The notes beneath the pieces were generated by a model, which was given only the letters and a program-made list of their open reading frames with translations, ran no database searches and was not told the DNA's origin. The position numbers and the translations under genes were made by a program. A stretch of 64,000 nucleotides of DNA, from the NCBI GenBank assembly GCA_035292085.1, contig DATDQT010000051.1:22829-86828 (forward strand). Direction: 5' to 3'. Each line of letters begins with the position of its first letter. Position 1 is the first letter of the stretch. Of this stretch, positions 19,033 to 33,378 are shown in pieces. The DNA comes from a bacterium. GTDB taxonomy: Bacteria > Sysuimicrobiota > Sysuimicrobiia > Sysuimicrobiales > Kaftiobacteriaceae.

Positions 19033-19964
19033 CTGCTCTGTCCCTGCAGCCACCGCTCCGCGTCGATGGCGGCTTCGCAGCCGTAGCCGGCGGCCGTGAC
19101 GGCCTGGCGGTAGGCATGGTCGTGCACGTCGCCGGCGGCGAAGACGCCCTCGACGGACGTGTACGAGCGCTTCGTCCGCCGGATGTAGCCGTTCTCGTCC
19201 ATTTCCAGCTGGCCCCTGAACAGCGCCGTGTTGGGGACGTGCCCGATGGCCACGAAGACCCCATCGGTGGGCTGCTCCGCCTCGGCGCCGCTGCGGAGAT
19301 CCTTCAGGCGGACGGCGTGGACCTTCCCGTCACCGACGATGTCGGTGAGGACGGTGTTCCAGAGGAACCCGATCTTATCGTTGGCCATCGCGCGCTCGGC
19401 CATGATCTTGCTGGCCCGCAGCTGGTCGCGCCGGTGCACCACGGTGACCGTGCCCACGATCTTCGAGAGGTACAGCGCCTCCTCCATGGCCGTGTCGCCG
19501 CCGCCGACGACCATGACATCGCGGCCGCGGAAAAAGAACCCGTCGCAGGTGGCGCACGTGCTGACGCCCCGGCCCATCAACTGCTGCTCGCCCGGTATGC
19601 CCAACAGTTTCGCCTTGGCGCCGGTGGCGATGATCAGCGCCTTCGTCTGGTACGCCGCCCCGCTCTGGGTGGTCACCGTGAATGGGCGCGCGGACAGGTC
19701 GACGACGACGACGTCTTCGGTGACGAATTCCGCGCCCACCCGCTGCGCCTGCGCGCGCATCGCGGCCATGAGGTCGGGGCCGAGGATCGGGTCGGCGAAG
19801 CCGGGGTAGTTCTCGACGTCGGTCGTGAGCATGAGCTGCCCGCCGGCCTCCACGCCTTCGATGACCAGGGGGTGCAGTTCGGCCCGGGTCGTGTAGATTG
19901 CGGCGGTCAGCCCGGCCGGCCCGGACCCTAAGATGACGACGTTGTGCACGCGCGTGGCCTCCAC
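19029..19964 (-). CDS. trxB: Thioredoxin-disulfide reductase
   Basis: FAD motif (GSGPAG), CATC redox-active disulfide and NADPH motif (GGGDTAMEE). Confidence 0.95.
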   Translation of the reverse strand: MEATRVHNVVILGSGPAGLTAAIYTTRAELHPLVIEGVEAGGQLMLTTDVENYPGFADPILGPDLMAAMRAQAQRVGAEFVTEDVVVVDLSARPFTVTTQSGAAYQTKALIIATGAKAKLLGIPGEQQLMGRGVSTCATCDGFFFRGRDVMVVGGGDTAMEEALYLSKIVGTVTVVHRRDQLRASKIMAERAMANDKIGFLWNTVLTDIVGDGKVHAVRLKDLRSGAEAEQPTDGVFVAIGHVPNTALFRGQLEMDENGYIRRTKRSYTSVEGVFAAGDVHDHAYRQAVTAAGYGCEAAIDAERWLQGQSS

Positions 19965-20069
19965 CCTCGCAGGAACGCCCGTCCATCCGTTCGTATTCCA
20001 TTCGTCGTCGCGGTCTCCTCGACGCGCCCGTGCGCCGAGGAGACCATGACAATAGTATTGATAAGGATA

Positions 20070-20099
20070 TTGACAGTTTTGCGCCCACCCTGCTAGACT
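20070..20099 (+). promoter_or_regulatory. Sigma-70-type promoter of the heat-shock operon (TTGACA-18-TAGACT) within an AT-rich patch
   Basis: Perfect -35 hexamer, 18-bp spacer, TAGACT -10, 11 nt upstream of the hspR ATG. Confidence 0.55.
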
Positions 20100-20110
20100 G
20101 GGCGGTGCCC

Positions 20111-20437
20111 ATGGCTACGATGAAACCCCGACGCGACACGCGGCCCGTGTACGTGATCAGCGTGGCGGCCGATCTCACCCGGACGCACCCCCGGACGCTG
20201 CGCATCTACGAGGAGAAGGGCCTCGTCCAGCCGGCACGGCGGAACAACAACCGCCTGTACTCGGACCGGGACCTGGAGCGCGTGCGCCTGATCCGCCACC
20301 TGACGCAGGAGATGGGCCTCAATCTGGCGGGTGTCAAGATGCTGCTTGAGGTGTACGAGCGGCTGGAAGTCAGAAACTCACGGCAGACCATTTCCTGGAT
20401 ATTTCAGCGAACCATCCGAAGGAGGCGAGCACCATGA
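20111..20437 (+). CDS. hspR: MerR-family heat-shock regulator HspR-like
   Basis: MerR HTH (VYVISVAADLTRTHPRTLRIYEEKGLV) and HspR-like length; first gene of an hsp20-dnaK-grpE-dnaJ-clpB cluster. Confidence 0.75.
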   Translation: MATMKPRRDTRPVYVISVAADLTRTHPRTLRIYEEKGLVQPARRNNNRLYSDRDLERVRLIRHLTQEMGLNLAGVKMLLEVYERLEVRNSRQTISWIFQRTIRRRRAP

Positions 20438-20880
20438 GCATCATCCGCTGGGATCCATTCGACGACCTCGCGTCCCTGCGCGAGTCGATGGACAAGCTGT
20501 TTGAGGATTTCTTCACGCGCCGGCCCGGCCCGCGGCCCCCGACGGTGGCGGTCTGGCAGCCGGCCGTCGAGGTGTTCGACGCCGACCACGACATCGTGGT
20601 CCGCGCCGAACTGCCCGGCATTGACCCCCAGGACGTCGAGATCACCGTGACCGAGGACGTGCTGACCATCAAGGGACAGGCCAAGCAGATGGAAGAGGAG
20701 AAGGGCAAGAACTACTACCGCCGCGAGCTCCGCTACGGTGCGTTTTCGCGCTCCCTCGCCCTGCCCGGGGGCGTCCAGGGCGATCAGGCCAAGGCGAGCT
20801 ACCGGAATGGCATTCTGGAGATCCGCGTTCCGAAGAGTGAGAAGGCCAAGCCGAAGACGGTCAAGGTGGACGTTGGGTAA
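20434..20880 (+). CDS. Hsp20/alpha-crystallin small heat-shock protein
   Basis: Alpha-crystallin domain ([17 protein letters not shown] ... GILEIRVPK); ATGA overlap with hspR. Confidence 0.9.
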   Translation: MSIIRWDPFDDLASLRESMDKLFEDFFTRRPGPRPPTVAVWQPAVEVFDADHDIVVRAELPGIDPQDVEITVTEDVLTIKGQAKQMEEEKGKNYYRRELRYGAFSRSLALPGGVQGDQAKASYRNGILEIRVPKSEKAKPKTVKVDVG

Positions 20881-20927
20881 GACGAACGGGCATCAGGCCC
20901 GGGCACATCAGAGAGGAGCATCGAGGC

Positions 20928-22844
20928 ATGGCTAAGGTCGTCGGTATTGATCTGGGTACCACCAACTCCGTGATCTCCGTCGTGATCGGCGGAGAACCCC
21001 AGGTGATTCCCAATGCGGAGGGGAGCCGCCTGACCCCGTCGGTGGTCGCCTTCACCAAGACGGGAGAGCGCCTGGTGGGCCAGATGGCCAAGCGTCAGGC
21101 CATCCTGAACCCGGAGAACACGGTGTACTCCATCAAGCGCTTCATGGGCCGGCGCTACTCGGAGGTCGAAACCGAGCGGCGGATGGTCCCGTACAAGGTC
21201 CAGGAAGGGCCCAACGGCATGGCGGTCGTCTCCCTGCCCGCGGCCGGCAAGACGTTCACCCCGGAAGAAATCTCGGCGATGATCCTGCAGAAACTCAAGA
21301 CGGACGCGGAGGCGTACCTCGGCGACAAAGTCACCGACGCCGTGATTACCGTGCCCGCGTACTTCAACGACGCGCAACGCACCGCGACGAAGAACGCCGG
21401 CGAGATCGCCGGGTTGAAGGTGCTGCGCATCATCAATGAGCCGACCGCGTCGTCTCTGGCCTACGGGCTGGAGAAGAAAGGCGGCGAGACGGTCCTCGTC
21501 TTCGACCTGGGCGGCGGCACGTTTGACGTGTCGATCCTGGAGATCGGCGACGGCGTGTTCGAGGTCAAGGCGACCTCGGGCGACACGCACCTCGGCGGCG
21601 ACGATTGGGACGAGCGGATCGTGAACTGGCTGGCCGATCAGTTCAAGCGGGAGAACGGCATCGACCTGCGCCAGGATCGCCAGGCGCTGCAGCGGCTGCG
21701 CGAGGCGGCCGAGCGCGCGAAGGTCGAGCTCTCGACCGTCGCGCAGACGACGATCAACCTCCCGTTCATCACCGCCGACGCGACTGGGCCCAAGCACCTC
21801 GACTACGTGCTGACCCGCGCGAAGTTCGAGGAGATGACGGCGGACCTGGTCGAGCGGTGCATCGGGCCGTTCAAGCAGGCCCTCGGGGACGCCAAACTCA
21901 GCGAGAAGGACCTCGACGAGATCATCCTGGTCGGCGGCGCGACGCGCATGCCGATGATCCAGGAGGTCGTGCGCCGCCTCACCGGGCGCGAGCCGAACAA
22001 GGAAGTCCACCCCGACGAGGTGGTCTCCGTCGGCGCCGCGATCCAGGGCGGCGTGCTGTCCGGCGACGTGCGGGAAGTCGTGCTCCTGGATGTCACGCCG
22101 CTGTCGCTGGGCGTGGAGACGCTGGGCGGCGTGTTGACGCCGCTGATCACCCGCAACACGACGATTCCCACCCGCAAGAGTGAGGTATTCACGACCGCGG
22201 CGGACGGGCAGACGCAGGTCGAAATCCACGTCCTGCAGGGGGAGCGCCAGATGGCCAGGGACAACCGCACGCTGGGCCGGTTCATCCTCGACGGCATCCC
22301 GCCCGCGCCGCGGGGCGTGCCCAAGATCGAGGTCACGTTTGACATCGACGCCAACGGCATCCTCGACGCCAAGGCGAAGGACACCGCGTCGGGCCGCGAA
22401 CAGAGCATCAAGATCACCGGCACGTCCACACTGTCCAAGGACGAAGTGGACAAGATGGTCAAGGAAGCGGAGCGCTTCGCGGAGGAGGACCGCAAGAGCC
22501 GCGACCGCGCCGACACCCGCAATCGGGGCGACTCGCTGGTCTACCAGACCGAGCGGATGCTCCGTGAAGTCGGCGACAAGATTTCCGCCGACGAGCGCAA
22601 ACAGGTCGATGCCAGACTGGCCGACCTCAAGGACGCGCTGGGAAGCGAGGATCTCGAACGTATCAACCGCGCGCTCGATGCGCTCCAGCAGGCCAGCTAC
22701 AAGTTGGCCGAGGCGATGTACGCCAAGGCCGGCACCGGGGCGGCGGCGGGTGCGCCGGGCGCCGGCGCCGGACCCGAAGGCGGGGAGGCCAAGAGCGACG
22801 AGGTCATCGACGCCGACTTCAAACGCACCGACGAGAAGAGCTAG
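20928..22844 (+). CDS. dnaK: Molecular chaperone DnaK (Hsp70)
   Basis: Hsp70 signatures ([16 protein letters not shown]) over the full length. Confidence 0.97.
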   Translation: MAKVVGIDLGTTNSVISVVIGGEPQVIPNAEGSRLTPSVVAFTKTGERLVGQMAKRQAILNPENTVYSIKRFMGRRYSEVETERRMVPYKVQEGPNGMAVVSLPAAGKTFTPEEISAMILQKLKTDAEAYLGDKVTDAVITVPAYFNDAQRTATKNAGEIAGLKVLRIINEPTASSLAYGLEKKGGETVLVFDLGGGTFDVSILEIGDGVFEVKATSGDTHLGGDDWDERIVNWLADQFKRENGIDLRQDRQALQRLREAAERAKVELSTVAQTTINLPFITADATGPKHLDYVLTRAKFEEMTADLVERCIGPFKQALGDAKLSEKDLDEIILVGGATRMPMIQEVVRRLTGREPNKEVHPDEVVSVGAAIQGGVLSGDVREVVLLDVTPLSLGVETLGGVLTPLITRNTTIPTRKSEVFTTAADGQTQVEIHVLQGERQMARDNRTLGRFILDGIPPAPRGVPKIEVTFDIDANGILDAKAKDTASGREQSIKITGTSTLSKDEVDKMVKEAERFAEEDRKSRDRADTRNRGDSLVYQTERMLREVGDKISADERKQVDARLADLKDALGSEDLERINRALDALQQASYKLAEAMYAKAGTGAAAGAPGAGAGPEGGEAKSDEVIDADFKRTDEKS

Positions 22845-22851
22845 AGGCCGC

Positions 22852-23382
22852 ATGATGGACGATCGCAAGGACGAACAGCCGACCACCCCCGACGAGGTGG
22901 GGCTGGAACCGGAGTCGGTGGAGGCGCTGCGCGCGCAGCTCGCCCGCGTCAAAGACGAGGCCGAGCGCAACTGGCAGCAGTTCCTCCACGCCGCGGCCGA
23001 TCTGGAGAACTACAAGAAGCAGGCCGCGCGCCAGCGGGACGAGGCCGTGCAGCGAACGCGCACGTCCCTGCTCTACATCGTGCTGGACGTGGTCGACAAT
23101 CTGGAGCGCGCGCTCGGGCACGCGCCGGATGCCCGGGGGAACGCGATCGTCGACGGCATCCGCATGGCGCACCGTCAGGTGCTGGACATGCTCGCCGGAA
23201 TGGGCGTGCGGCCGATGGATGCGGCGGGCAAACCGTTTGACCCCCGGTATCACGAAGCCGTCGACACGGTCCCCGCGGCCGCCGCCGGCACCGACCCCGG
23301 CACCGTCGTCGCGGACGTGCAGAAAGGGTACCTCCTCAACGGCGAGGTGCTGAGACCTGCCAAAGTCCGAGTGGCCAAGTGA
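22852..23382 (+). CDS. grpE: Nucleotide exchange factor GrpE
   Basis: GrpE coiled-coil and C-terminal beta-domain (MMDDRK ... VQKGYLLNGEVLRPAKVRVAK); ATG 22852. Confidence 0.9.
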   Translation: MMDDRKDEQPTTPDEVGLEPESVEALRAQLARVKDEAERNWQQFLHAAADLENYKKQAARQRDEAVQRTRTSLLYIVLDVVDNLERALGHAPDARGNAIVDGIRMAHRQVLDMLAGMGVRPMDAAGKPFDPRYHEAVDTVPAAAAGTDPGTVVADVQKGYLLNGEVLRPAKVRVAK

Positions 23383-23424
23383 CCGGAAACCGGAAGCCAG
23401 CGATCGGTAACCGGCTTCCGTCAG
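23383..23424. repeat. Second copy of the GC-rich palindromic repeat (CCGGAAACCGGAAGCC ... GGTAACCGGCTTCCGTCAG) in the grpE-dnaJ spacer
   Basis: Shares the GGTWACCGG(C/T)TTCCG(T)CAG core with the trxA/trxB element; forms a hairpin. Confidence 0.55.
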
Positions 23425-23428
23425 TTCG

Positions 23429-24364
23429 ATGATGGAATTCAAAGACTACTACAAGATTCTCGGGGTCGACCGCACCGCCGACCCGAAGGCCGTCACCACG
23501 GCGTTCCGCAAACTCGCCCGCCGGTACCATCCCGACGTCAACAAGGACAAAGGCGCAGAAGAGCGGTTCAAAGAGGTCAACGAAGCCTACCAGGTGCTGG
23601 GAAAGACCGAGGTGCGCGCTAGGTATGACCAGATGTACGAGGCGTACCAGCACGGCGGCGGCAACTGGCAGGAACTGTTCGGCCGCGGCGCCTACCAGCA
23701 GGCTCCGGGTGGGTGGACGGTTACCTACGGCACGCCGGAGGACCTCGAAGACCTGCTCGGCGGCGCCGGTGGCTTCAGCGATTTCTTCCGACAATTCTTC
23801 GGCGGCGGAGTCCCACGCGGCCGGCCGGGGCGTGGGCGCCGCGGTGCCGCCACCGTTCCCCGGGAGGAACCCCGAACGCACTCAACGCTGGACATCTCGC
23901 TCGAGGATGCGTATCTGGGCGCGCAGAAATCTCTGCAGCTCCAGGGCGACGGCACAGAGCGCCGTATCGAGGTGACGATCCCCAAGGGCGTGAAGTCGGG
24001 GCAGACGATCCGCCTGCCGGGAGCGTTGGACGCACACGATCTCTACCTGACGGTGAACGTCCGGCCCCACCCGCAGTTTGAGCGCCGTGACGACGACCTC
24101 TATGTCGACACGCCGGTCGCCCTGGCCGACGCCGTGCTCGGCGCGACGATCGCGGCCCCCACGCTCACCGGGAAGGTGGACATGGCCATCCCGCCGGAAA
24201 CCCAGAACGGGCAGCTGTTCCGCCTGCGCGGGCAGGGGATGCCCAGACGCGACGGCGGCAGCGGCGACCAGTTCGTCCGCGTCAAAGTCGTGCTGCCGAC
24301 CAAGCTCAGCCCACGCGAACGAGAATTGTTTGAGGAGCTGAGGAAACATCGGACAGACAAATGA
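23429..24364 (+). CDS. dnaJ: DnaJ-class co-chaperone lacking the zinc-finger region (CbpA-like)
   Basis: J domain with HPD motif ([25 protein letters not shown]), G/F-rich linker, C-terminal substrate-binding domains; no CxxCxGxG repeats. Confidence 0.85.
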   Translation: MMEFKDYYKILGVDRTADPKAVTTAFRKLARRYHPDVNKDKGAEERFKEVNEAYQVLGKTEVRARYDQMYEAYQHGGGNWQELFGRGAYQQAPGGWTVTYGTPEDLEDLLGGAGGFSDFFRQFFGGGVPRGRPGRGRRGAATVPREEPRTHSTLDISLEDAYLGAQKSLQLQGDGTERRIEVTIPKGVKSGQTIRLPGALDAHDLYLTVNVRPHPQFERRDDDLYVDTPVALADAVLGATIAAPTLTGKVDMAIPPETQNGQLFRLRGQGMPRRDGGSGDQFVRVKVVLPTKLSPRERELFEELRKHRTDK

Positions 24365-24391
24365 CGACAGCCCGATGCCGCAGTTGAGGGT

Positions 24392-27022
<2,631 letters not shown>

Positions 27023-27068
27023 GCTCATCGTCTTCGTCAGCGGGGGCGTCCTGCTTGCGCTGGAGATC

Positions 27069-28520
27069 GTGGCCAGCCGCGTCATCGCGCCGTATTTCGG
27101 GAATTCGGTCTACGTCTGGGGCAGTCTGATCGGCGTCTTCCTCGCGGCATTGTCGGCCGGCTACTACCTCGGGGGCGTCATCGCCGACCGAGCTCCGTCA
27201 GGCGCGCTGTTCGCAGGCATCGTCTTTCTCGCCGGCGCGCTGGTGTTCCCGATCCCGTTTTTCGCGCCGGTGGTGCTGGATGCCATTGTGCTCGCCGACT
27301 ACGGCCCGCGGGGCGGCCCGCTCGTGGCGACGATCTCTCTGTTCTTCCTGCCCAGCCTGGTCATGGGCATGGTGTCGCCGTTTGCCGTCCGGCTGCGCGC
27401 GCGTACCGTCAGCACCATCGGGAACGTCGCGGGAGTGCTGTACGCGCTGTCCACGCTGGGCAGCATCGTCGGGACGCTGCTGGCCGCGTTCGTGCTGATT
27501 GCGTCCTTTGGTGTCCGCTCGATCATCCAGCTCCTCGGCGGGCTGATGATGCTGATGGCCCTGGTGGGATGGCTTGCCTCCCGCCGGCTGCGGGCCGCCG
27601 CCGGTGCCGCGGTGGTCGCCGTCTTGCTCGTTGCCGGCACCGCCCGGGTCACTCCTGCCGGTCTCGCCGCCGGTGCGATCTTCCAGCAGGACACGGTCTA
27701 CCACCGGATTTCCGTCAGCGATGAGTCGGGCATCCGGTACCTGCGGCTGGACAACTACTGGCAGAGCGGGATGGATCTCGCCGATCCCCGCCGCACCGTG
27801 TTCCCCTACTCCGACTACATGCACCTTCCGCTCGCGCTGCGGCCGGATGCCACCCGCGTGCTCCTGGTGGGGCTGGGCGGCGGCACGGTGCCTAAGCGGT
27901 TTCATGAGGACTATGGCCGCCTCCGCGTCGAGGTCGTGGAATTGGACCCGGCGGTGGTGGCCACAGCGAGGCAGTACTTCGCGGTGCCCGCCGAGGATGC
28001 CCGGATGCGCATCGTCGCCGAAGACGGCCGGCTGTTCATCAGCCGGTCGCCCGAGCGCTACGACGTCGTTCTGCTCGACGCGTTTCTCATCGACACCATC
28101 CCGTTCCACCTCGCCACGCGCGAATTCTTCGAGACCGTCAAATCGCGCCTGCGGCCGTCGGGTGTGCTGGCCTCCAACGTGATCGGGGCGCTGGCGGGGC
28201 CGCGGAGCGCGTTCTTCCGCGCCGTGTACAAGACGTTTGCCGCCGTGTTTCGGACGGTGTACGTGTTCCCGGTGGACTGGGCGCGGTACGACGGCCCGGA
28301 GTCGGTGCGCAACATCATCATCATCGGCACCGACCAGCCCGCGCTCACCCCCGAGCAGTTCGCTCAGGCGGCGGCATCGGCCGCCGCGTCATTGCCGGTC
28401 ACCCTCGATGGGTTTGTCCGTGCTGCCGCCGACTTCTATGCCCGGCCGATCTCCACGTCCGACGTGCCGGTCCTCACCGACGATTTCGCGCCCGTCGAAC
28501 TGCTCATCCAACAGCGGTAG
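27069..28520 (+). CDS. Spermidine-synthase-like aminopropyltransferase fused to an N-terminal multi-TM domain
   Basis: C-terminal SpeE fold (LLVGLGGGTV, VVLLDAF) preceded by ~6 TM helices. Confidence 0.75.
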   Translation: MASRVIAPYFGNSVYVWGSLIGVFLAALSAGYYLGGVIADRAPSGALFAGIVFLAGALVFPIPFFAPVVLDAIVLADYGPRGGPLVATISLFFLPSLVMGMVSPFAVRLRARTVSTIGNVAGVLYALSTLGSIVGTLLAAFVLIASFGVRSIIQLLGGLMMLMALVGWLASRRLRAAAGAAVVAVLLVAGTARVTPAGLAAGAIFQQDTVYHRISVSDESGIRYLRLDNYWQSGMDLADPRRTVFPYSDYMHLPLALRPDATRVLLVGLGGGTVPKRFHEDYGRLRVEVVELDPAVVATARQYFAVPAEDARMRIVAEDGRLFISRSPERYDVVLLDAFLIDTIPFHLATREFFETVKSRLRPSGVLASNVIGALAGPRSAFFRAVYKTFAAVFRTVYVFPVDWARYDGPESVRNIIIIGTDQPALTPEQFAQAAASAAASLPVTLDGFVRAAADFYARPISTSDVPVLTDDFAPVELLIQQR

Positions 28521-28587
28521 TCTAATCAGCACTCCCGCGTGGCATAGTTTAGATTGACCTATAATTGGCTGGCAGAGGTGGGTTTCG

Positions 28588-28833
28588 GTGGCGGTGCTCA
28601 AGCTCTATGTCGGCGACGTGGTGCAGACGCGGAAGACCCATCCGTGCGGCAGCGACCGCTGGATGGTCGAACGCCTGGGCGCCGACGTGGGCATCCGCTG
28701 CCAGGGCTGCGGCCGCTACGTGCTGATGGACCGCGTTAAGTTCGAGCGGCGCATTCGGAAGTTCCTGCAGCGCCCGCCGCAGGCGGCGGACACTGACTCC
28801 GTCCCGGTGGAGAGTCCGGGCCCCCGCCGGTGA
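28588..28833 (+). CDS. DUF951-family small zinc-ribbon-like protein
   Basis: HPCGS...RCQGCG motif typical of DUF951; 81 aa. Confidence 0.6.
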   Translation: MAVLKLYVGDVVQTRKTHPCGSDRWMVERLGADVGIRCQGCGRYVLMDRVKFERRIRKFLQRPPQAADTDSVPVESPGPRR

Positions 28834-31800
28834 AGTCGGTTCAAGTGTACCCCTGGATCGTCGCCGCCTCAGGGTTGGCGGTCCTCATTCCGCTGCTGGT
28901 GGATACCCCGCTGCCCCCCTGGCCCCTGCTGGGCGCCCTGGCCGTATTGAGCGCCTTCGCCGAGTGGATGGTGGCGCCGTTGCCCCGCGGGGGACAGCAG
29001 TCGGCCGGACTCGCCGTGGCCGCGGCGGGGTTGGCCACGGTCGGCCCTGTCCACACCGCGCTGATCATGAGCGCCGGTGTTATCGTCGGCAACGGGCTGC
29101 TGCACCGCCGGCCCGCGGTCACCACGATTTTCGACAGCGGGCGGTACATCCTGTCGACCCTGCTGGCCGGCGCGGTGTTTGTGCTGGCGCTGCCGCCGAC
29201 GCAGCGGTTCGTCACCCCGGAGTACACCGGGTCGATCGATCTCGGGTTCCTGTCGAGTTTCTTCGCCGGGATCATGGCCTTCATCGTCAGCAGCAGCCTC
29301 CTCGTCAGCGGGATGGTGGCCGTGCAGCGCGGTACGAGCGTGCTGGCGGTGTTTGGGGCGAACATCGCGTGGGAGGTCGTCAGCAATCTGGCGTTCGCGA
29401 CGCTGGGGCTGATCCTCGTGCTGATCGTCGAGCAGGTGCTGCCGCGGTGGGCCGTGATCTTCGCCGTCCCGCCGCTGCTGATGGGCTACATCCTCATGCT
29501 CTACACGACCCGCGAACAGGCGTACCGCGACCTCGAGGTGGTGGAACGGATCGGCCGGGCGCAGGTCGCCCTCGACCTCTCGCAGCTGTACGCGAAGATG
29601 TACGAGCAGATCAGCGCGGTCATGCCGGCGGACGTCTTCTACGTCGGGGTGTACGAGATGGGCTCAGACACCCTGGACCTGGAATACCTCGTCGACTCCG
29701 GCGAGCGCCTGCCCCCGCAGACCGTGGCGATCCCCCCGATGGTCCGCGGCATCCTTCACGGCGCGGTCCCGAAGGTGCTTCACGTCAGGGCGGGCGAGAC
29801 GGCGGGAGGCGATCCCTACGTCCCGATGGTCCGGGGGCACCGCCGCCGGCCGTCGGTGATTTTCGCGCCGATCGTCAAAGGGGATATCGTCACCGGGCTG
29901 CTGTCCGTGCAGAGCTACGCGGCCAACGCGTTCACCGAGCGCGATGTGCGCCTGGTCGGAGCCATCGCGACCCAGGCCGCCACGGCCATCGACAGTGCCC
30001 GGTTGTTTGAGAGCCACGCCCGCAGCGTCCAGCAGCTGACGGCGCTCAACCGGATCACCGCCGCGATCGCCGGGGACCTGGACATGAACCTCGTCTTGAA
30101 CGCCATCGCCTCCGGCGCGCGCGATCTGCTGCAGGTCGACCGCTGCGCGCTGTTCCTCGCCGGCGGCGACGCGGGCGACGGCGAGGTGTTCACCTACGAG
30201 ATTGCCGCCGCCGACGTGGCCGCGGTGCGCCGGCTGGTGCAGCCGTCCGGGGCCCCCCACGTGCTGAAGGAACCGCTGTTCATTGAAGACACGAAGACCG
30301 ACGCGGCGCTGCGCGCGCTGCGGGCGGCCGCCTTCGGCGAGATTCCGGGCGGGCTCGCTCCGCTGTGGGACCGGATGCCGGCGATCGCGCTCCTGCCGCT
30401 GCGGTACGCCGACGAGTGGCTCGGCGTGCTGGCGTTCTTCCACGACGCGCCGCGCCGGTACACGGAAGAGGAACGCCGCCTCGCCGAGGCGATCGCCAGC
30501 CAGGCCGCCTTCGCGGTGAAGAACAGCCTGCTGCTTGGCCAGGCCCGGCGGCGGGTCGCGGAAATGGACCTGCTGCAGCAGGTCATGACGACCGTCAGCG
30601 CCACCTTGGACCCGCAAGAGCGCTTCCGCCGCATTGTCGAAGAGGTCTCCACCCGCTTTGGGTACTCGCACGTCGGTCTGTACCGCCGCGAGGGCAGCGA
30701 GATGGTGCTGCAGGCACACGTGGGGTACGCGGAACCCTGGGTGCGCATCCCGGTGAACAAGGGGATCATCGGCCGCGTCGCCCGGACCGGGCAGCCGGTG
30801 CTCATGGCCGACGTCACGAAAGATCGGGACTACATCATCGGGGACCCGTCCATCACCAGCGAGGCGGCGGTGCCGATCGTGGTGGACAACCGGATCCTCG
30901 GCGTGCTCAACATCGAGTCCACGATGTCCCGCGGCCTGCGGCAGAGCGATCTGGACCTGATGCTGACGTTGAGCTCGCAATTGGGCGTCGCGATGCGGAA
31001 CGCCCTGCTGTACGAAGAATCCACGCGGGCGCGCGATGAGCTGACCGTGCTCTACGACGCGGTGAAGACCATCAGCAGCAGCCTCGAACTGGAGGCCGTG
31101 CTGGAGAACCTGGTCACGGTGACCTGCCGCGCGTTCGGCTACGAGTTCGGCGCCATCCTGCTCGCCGACGAGACCACCGGCGACCTGGCCGTGCACGCCG
31201 TCTATGGCTACGGCACGGAGGCGATGGGCGTCCGTGTCCCCCTCGGCAAGGGCATCACCGGCTGGGTCCTCCGCACCGGGAAGCCCGAGCTGGTGGGCGA
31301 CGTCGACGCCGACCCCCGGTACATCGCGGTCAACCCCCTGGTCCGGTCGGAGATCGCGGTGCCGCTCATCACCGAAGGACGGGTCATCGGCGTGTTCAAC
31401 GTCGAGAGCACACAGGCCCACGCCTTCGGCCAGCGCGACCTGCAGATCCTCAGCGCGCTGGCCGGGTATGCGATCATTGCCATCCAGAATGCGCGGCTGT
31501 ACGAGCAGACGCGGCAGCTCGCCATCACCGATGGCCTCACGGAACTGTTCAACCACCGCTACCTCCATGAGTCCCTGGAGCGCGCGCTGGAGCGCACCAA
31601 CCGCGATGAAAGCCAGTTGTCAATCATCATGCTGGAGATCGACAACTTCAAGCACTACAACGACACCTACGGACACCAGCGCGGCGATGAAGTCCTGCGG
31701 ATCGTGGCCGGGTTGCTCCGCAAAGCCGTCCGTCCGGGGGACTTCGTCGCCCGCTACGGGGGCGACGAGTTCATGATCGTCCTGCCCTACACGTCAAAAG

Positions 31801-32027
31801 ATGTGGCCCGGGAGGTCGCCGAACGTATCCGGCACACCGTGGAAGTGTATTCCTTCCTCCTGGGCGAGAACGTGGTCACCTCCGTGACGCTCAGCGTCGG
31901 CGTCGCCGGCAGCCCCGGCGACGGGGTCACGGTAGACGCCCTGGTCGAATCCGTGGATAAAGCCCAGTACACGGCCAAGCGCTCCGGCGGCAACCGCGTG
32001 CACTTGGCACACGTGACCGCGCGATGA
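28830..32027 (+). CDS. Membrane-anchored multi-GAF diguanylate cyclase (GGDEF)
   Basis: N-terminal ~250 aa polytopic membrane domain, at least three GAF-like modules, C-terminal GGDEF domain with intact motif ([10 protein letters not shown]); 1065 aa. Confidence 0.85.
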   Translation: MKSVQVYPWIVAASGLAVLIPLLVDTPLPPWPLLGALAVLSAFAEWMVAPLPRGGQQSAGLAVAAAGLATVGPVHTALIMSAGVIVGNGLLHRRPAVTTIFDSGRYILSTLLAGAVFVLALPPTQRFVTPEYTGSIDLGFLSSFFAGIMAFIVSSSLLVSGMVAVQRGTSVLAVFGANIAWEVVSNLAFATLGLILVLIVEQVLPRWAVIFAVPPLLMGYILMLYTTREQAYRDLEVVERIGRAQVALDLSQLYAKMYEQISAVMPADVFYVGVYEMGSDTLDLEYLVDSGERLPPQTVAIPPMVRGILHGAVPKVLHVRAGETAGGDPYVPMVRGHRRRPSVIFAPIVKGDIVTGLLSVQSYAANAFTERDVRLVGAIATQAATAIDSARLFESHARSVQQLTALNRITAAIAGDLDMNLVLNAIASGARDLLQVDRCALFLAGGDAGDGEVFTYEIAAADVAAVRRLVQPSGAPHVLKEPLFIEDTKTDAALRALRAAAFGEIPGGLAPLWDRMPAIALLPLRYADEWLGVLAFFHDAPRRYTEEERRLAEAIASQAAFAVKNSLLLGQARRRVAEMDLLQQVMTTVSATLDPQERFRRIVEEVSTRFGYSHVGLYRREGSEMVLQAHVGYAEPWVRIPVNKGIIGRVARTGQPVLMADVTKDRDYIIGDPSITSEAAVPIVVDNRILGVLNIESTMSRGLRQSDLDLMLTLSSQLGVAMRNALLYEESTRARDELTVLYDAVKTISSSLELEAVLENLVTVTCRAFGYEFGAILLADETTGDLAVHAVYGYGTEAMGVRVPLGKGITGWVLRTGKPELVGDVDADPRYIAVNPLVRSEIAVPLITEGRVIGVFNVESTQAHAFGQRDLQILSALAGYAIIAIQNARLYEQTRQLAITDGLTELFNHRYLHESLERALERTNRDESQLSIIMLEIDNFKHYNDTYGHQRGDEVLRIVAGLLRKAVRPGDFVARYGGDEFMIVLPYTSKDVAREVAERIRHTVEVYSFLLGENVVTSVTLSVGVAGSPGDGVTVDALVESVDKAQYTAKRSGGNRVHLAHVTAR

Positions 32028-32031
32028 GCCC

Positions 32032-33123
32032 ATGGGCCTCAGCATCGGCATCATCGGACTCCCCAACGCCGGCAAGTCCACCCTGTTCAACGCGCTGACG
32101 GCGGCGGGCGCGAGAGTCGCGAGTTACCCGTTTACCACGCTCGAACCGCACCACGGCGTCGTCTCCGTGCCTGATCAGCGGCTGGAGGCCGTCGCCGGCG
32201 TCACGCACCCCGACCGCATCGTCCCGGCGACGGTGGACTTCATCGACCTCGCCGGTCTGGTCCGTGGCGCGTCGCGCGGGGAGGGTCTGGGCAACGAGTT
32301 TCTGGCCCACATCCGCGACGTCGACGCCGTCGCCCACGTCGTGCGCTGCTTCCCCGCGCCTGACGTCCCCCACGTTGAGGGCAGCGTCGATCCCGTCCGC
32401 GACGTCGAGGTCGTCGAGACCGAACTGGCGCTCGCCGACCTGCAGACCGTCGAGCGGGAACTCCAACGGATCGAGGGCCGTCTCAAAGGACACGACGAGC
32501 ACGCGCAGGGCGAGCAGCAGGTGCTCCTGCCGGTCCGCGAGGGACTGCAGCGCGGCGTCCCCGTGCGTCGCCTGCTGGTGGACGAACGGACGCGCGATGT
32601 CCTCCGGCCGCTGCGTTTGTTGACCGCGAAACCCGTTCTGTTTGTCGCCAACATAGACGATGCCGATCTCCCCGAGGCCGCATCGGCGGGGCCGGTACGC
32701 CGGTTTGCGGCGGACGCCCGCGCGGGCATCGTCGTCCTTTCCGCCGCGCTGGAGGCTGAGGTGGCCGAGTTGCCGGCGGCCGAGACGCGCGAGTTCCTGT
32801 CGGCCTACGGCCTGGGGGAGCCCGGACGTGACCGGTTGGTCCGCGCGGCCCACGAGTTGCTCGACCTGATCGTGTTCTTCTCGACCGCCTCGAAGGAAGT
32901 CCGCGCTTGGCCGGTCCGCCACGGCACGAAGGCCCCCGAGGCCGCCGGCAGGATTCACACGGACATGGAGTACGGCTTCATCCGGGCCGAAGTCATCAAC
33001 TGGGACACGCTGGTGCGCGCGGGGTCACTGCAGGCCGCCCACGACCACGGCCAGGTGCGGCTGGAAGGCAGGGACTACGTCGTCGAGGACGGGGACGTGA
33101 TCCAGTTCAGATTTGCGGTGTAG
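32032..33123 (+). CDS. ychF: Ribosome-binding ATPase YchF (Obg family)
   Basis: G1 motif (GLPNAGKST), TGS C-terminal domain ([31 protein letters not shown]). Confidence 0.95.
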   Translation: MGLSIGIIGLPNAGKSTLFNALTAAGARVASYPFTTLEPHHGVVSVPDQRLEAVAGVTHPDRIVPATVDFIDLAGLVRGASRGEGLGNEFLAHIRDVDAVAHVVRCFPAPDVPHVEGSVDPVRDVEVVETELALADLQTVERELQRIEGRLKGHDEHAQGEQQVLLPVREGLQRGVPVRRLLVDERTRDVLRPLRLLTAKPVLFVANIDDADLPEAASAGPVRRFAADARAGIVVLSAALEAEVAELPAAETREFLSAYGLGEPGRDRLVRAAHELLDLIVFFSTASKEVRAWPVRHGTKAPEAAGRIHTDMEYGFIRAEVINWDTLVRAGSLQAAHDHGQVRLEGRDYVVEDGDVIQFRFAV

Positions 33124-33307
33124 ACCTGTCGGCAGTGGGTCATTTTCATCCGGGAACGATTCGCTGGTCGGCTGGTGACCACCCAGGTCCGTAGTCATCC
33201 GACGTGCTTGGCAGGCGAGCGCGCCAGCGAGCATGCCGCCGCCGCGGTCATCCAGATTGACCCAATCCCGGGCCCTTTCTGAGCCATAGACCCCGCGGGG
33301 AACCGGG

Positions 33308-33378
33308 TGCTATAATCATCCCGACCCGTGGGCCTCTTCCACGGGATTTCTTTCGCACGTTCCGATCCGGAGGGGTAC
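33308..33378 (+). promoter_or_regulatory. rpsF extended -10 promoter (TGCTATAAT) and structured 5' leader hairpin (CCCGTGGGCCTCTTCCACGGG)
   Basis: TGnTATAAT at 33308-33316; ~55-nt leader with a 7-bp stem hairpin before the RBS GGAGGGG; candidate S6:S18 autoregulatory site. Confidence 0.45.

Noticed and set aside
20799-22970. 723-aa minus ORF antisense to dnaK; 660-aa (25103-27085) antisense to clpB; 634-aa (29664-31568) antisense to the GGDEF gene; 676-aa (35950-37980) antisense to lon; 479-aa (+, 60730-62169) antisense to the STAND gene
   Set aside because: All are open antisense frames in ~70% GC DNA with RG/P-rich nonsense translations.
28521-28587. TTGACCTATAAT sequence upstream of the DUF951 gene as a promoter
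   Set aside because: The -35-like and -10 hexamers are directly adjacent (no spacer); only the TATAAT might function. Too uncertain to call.
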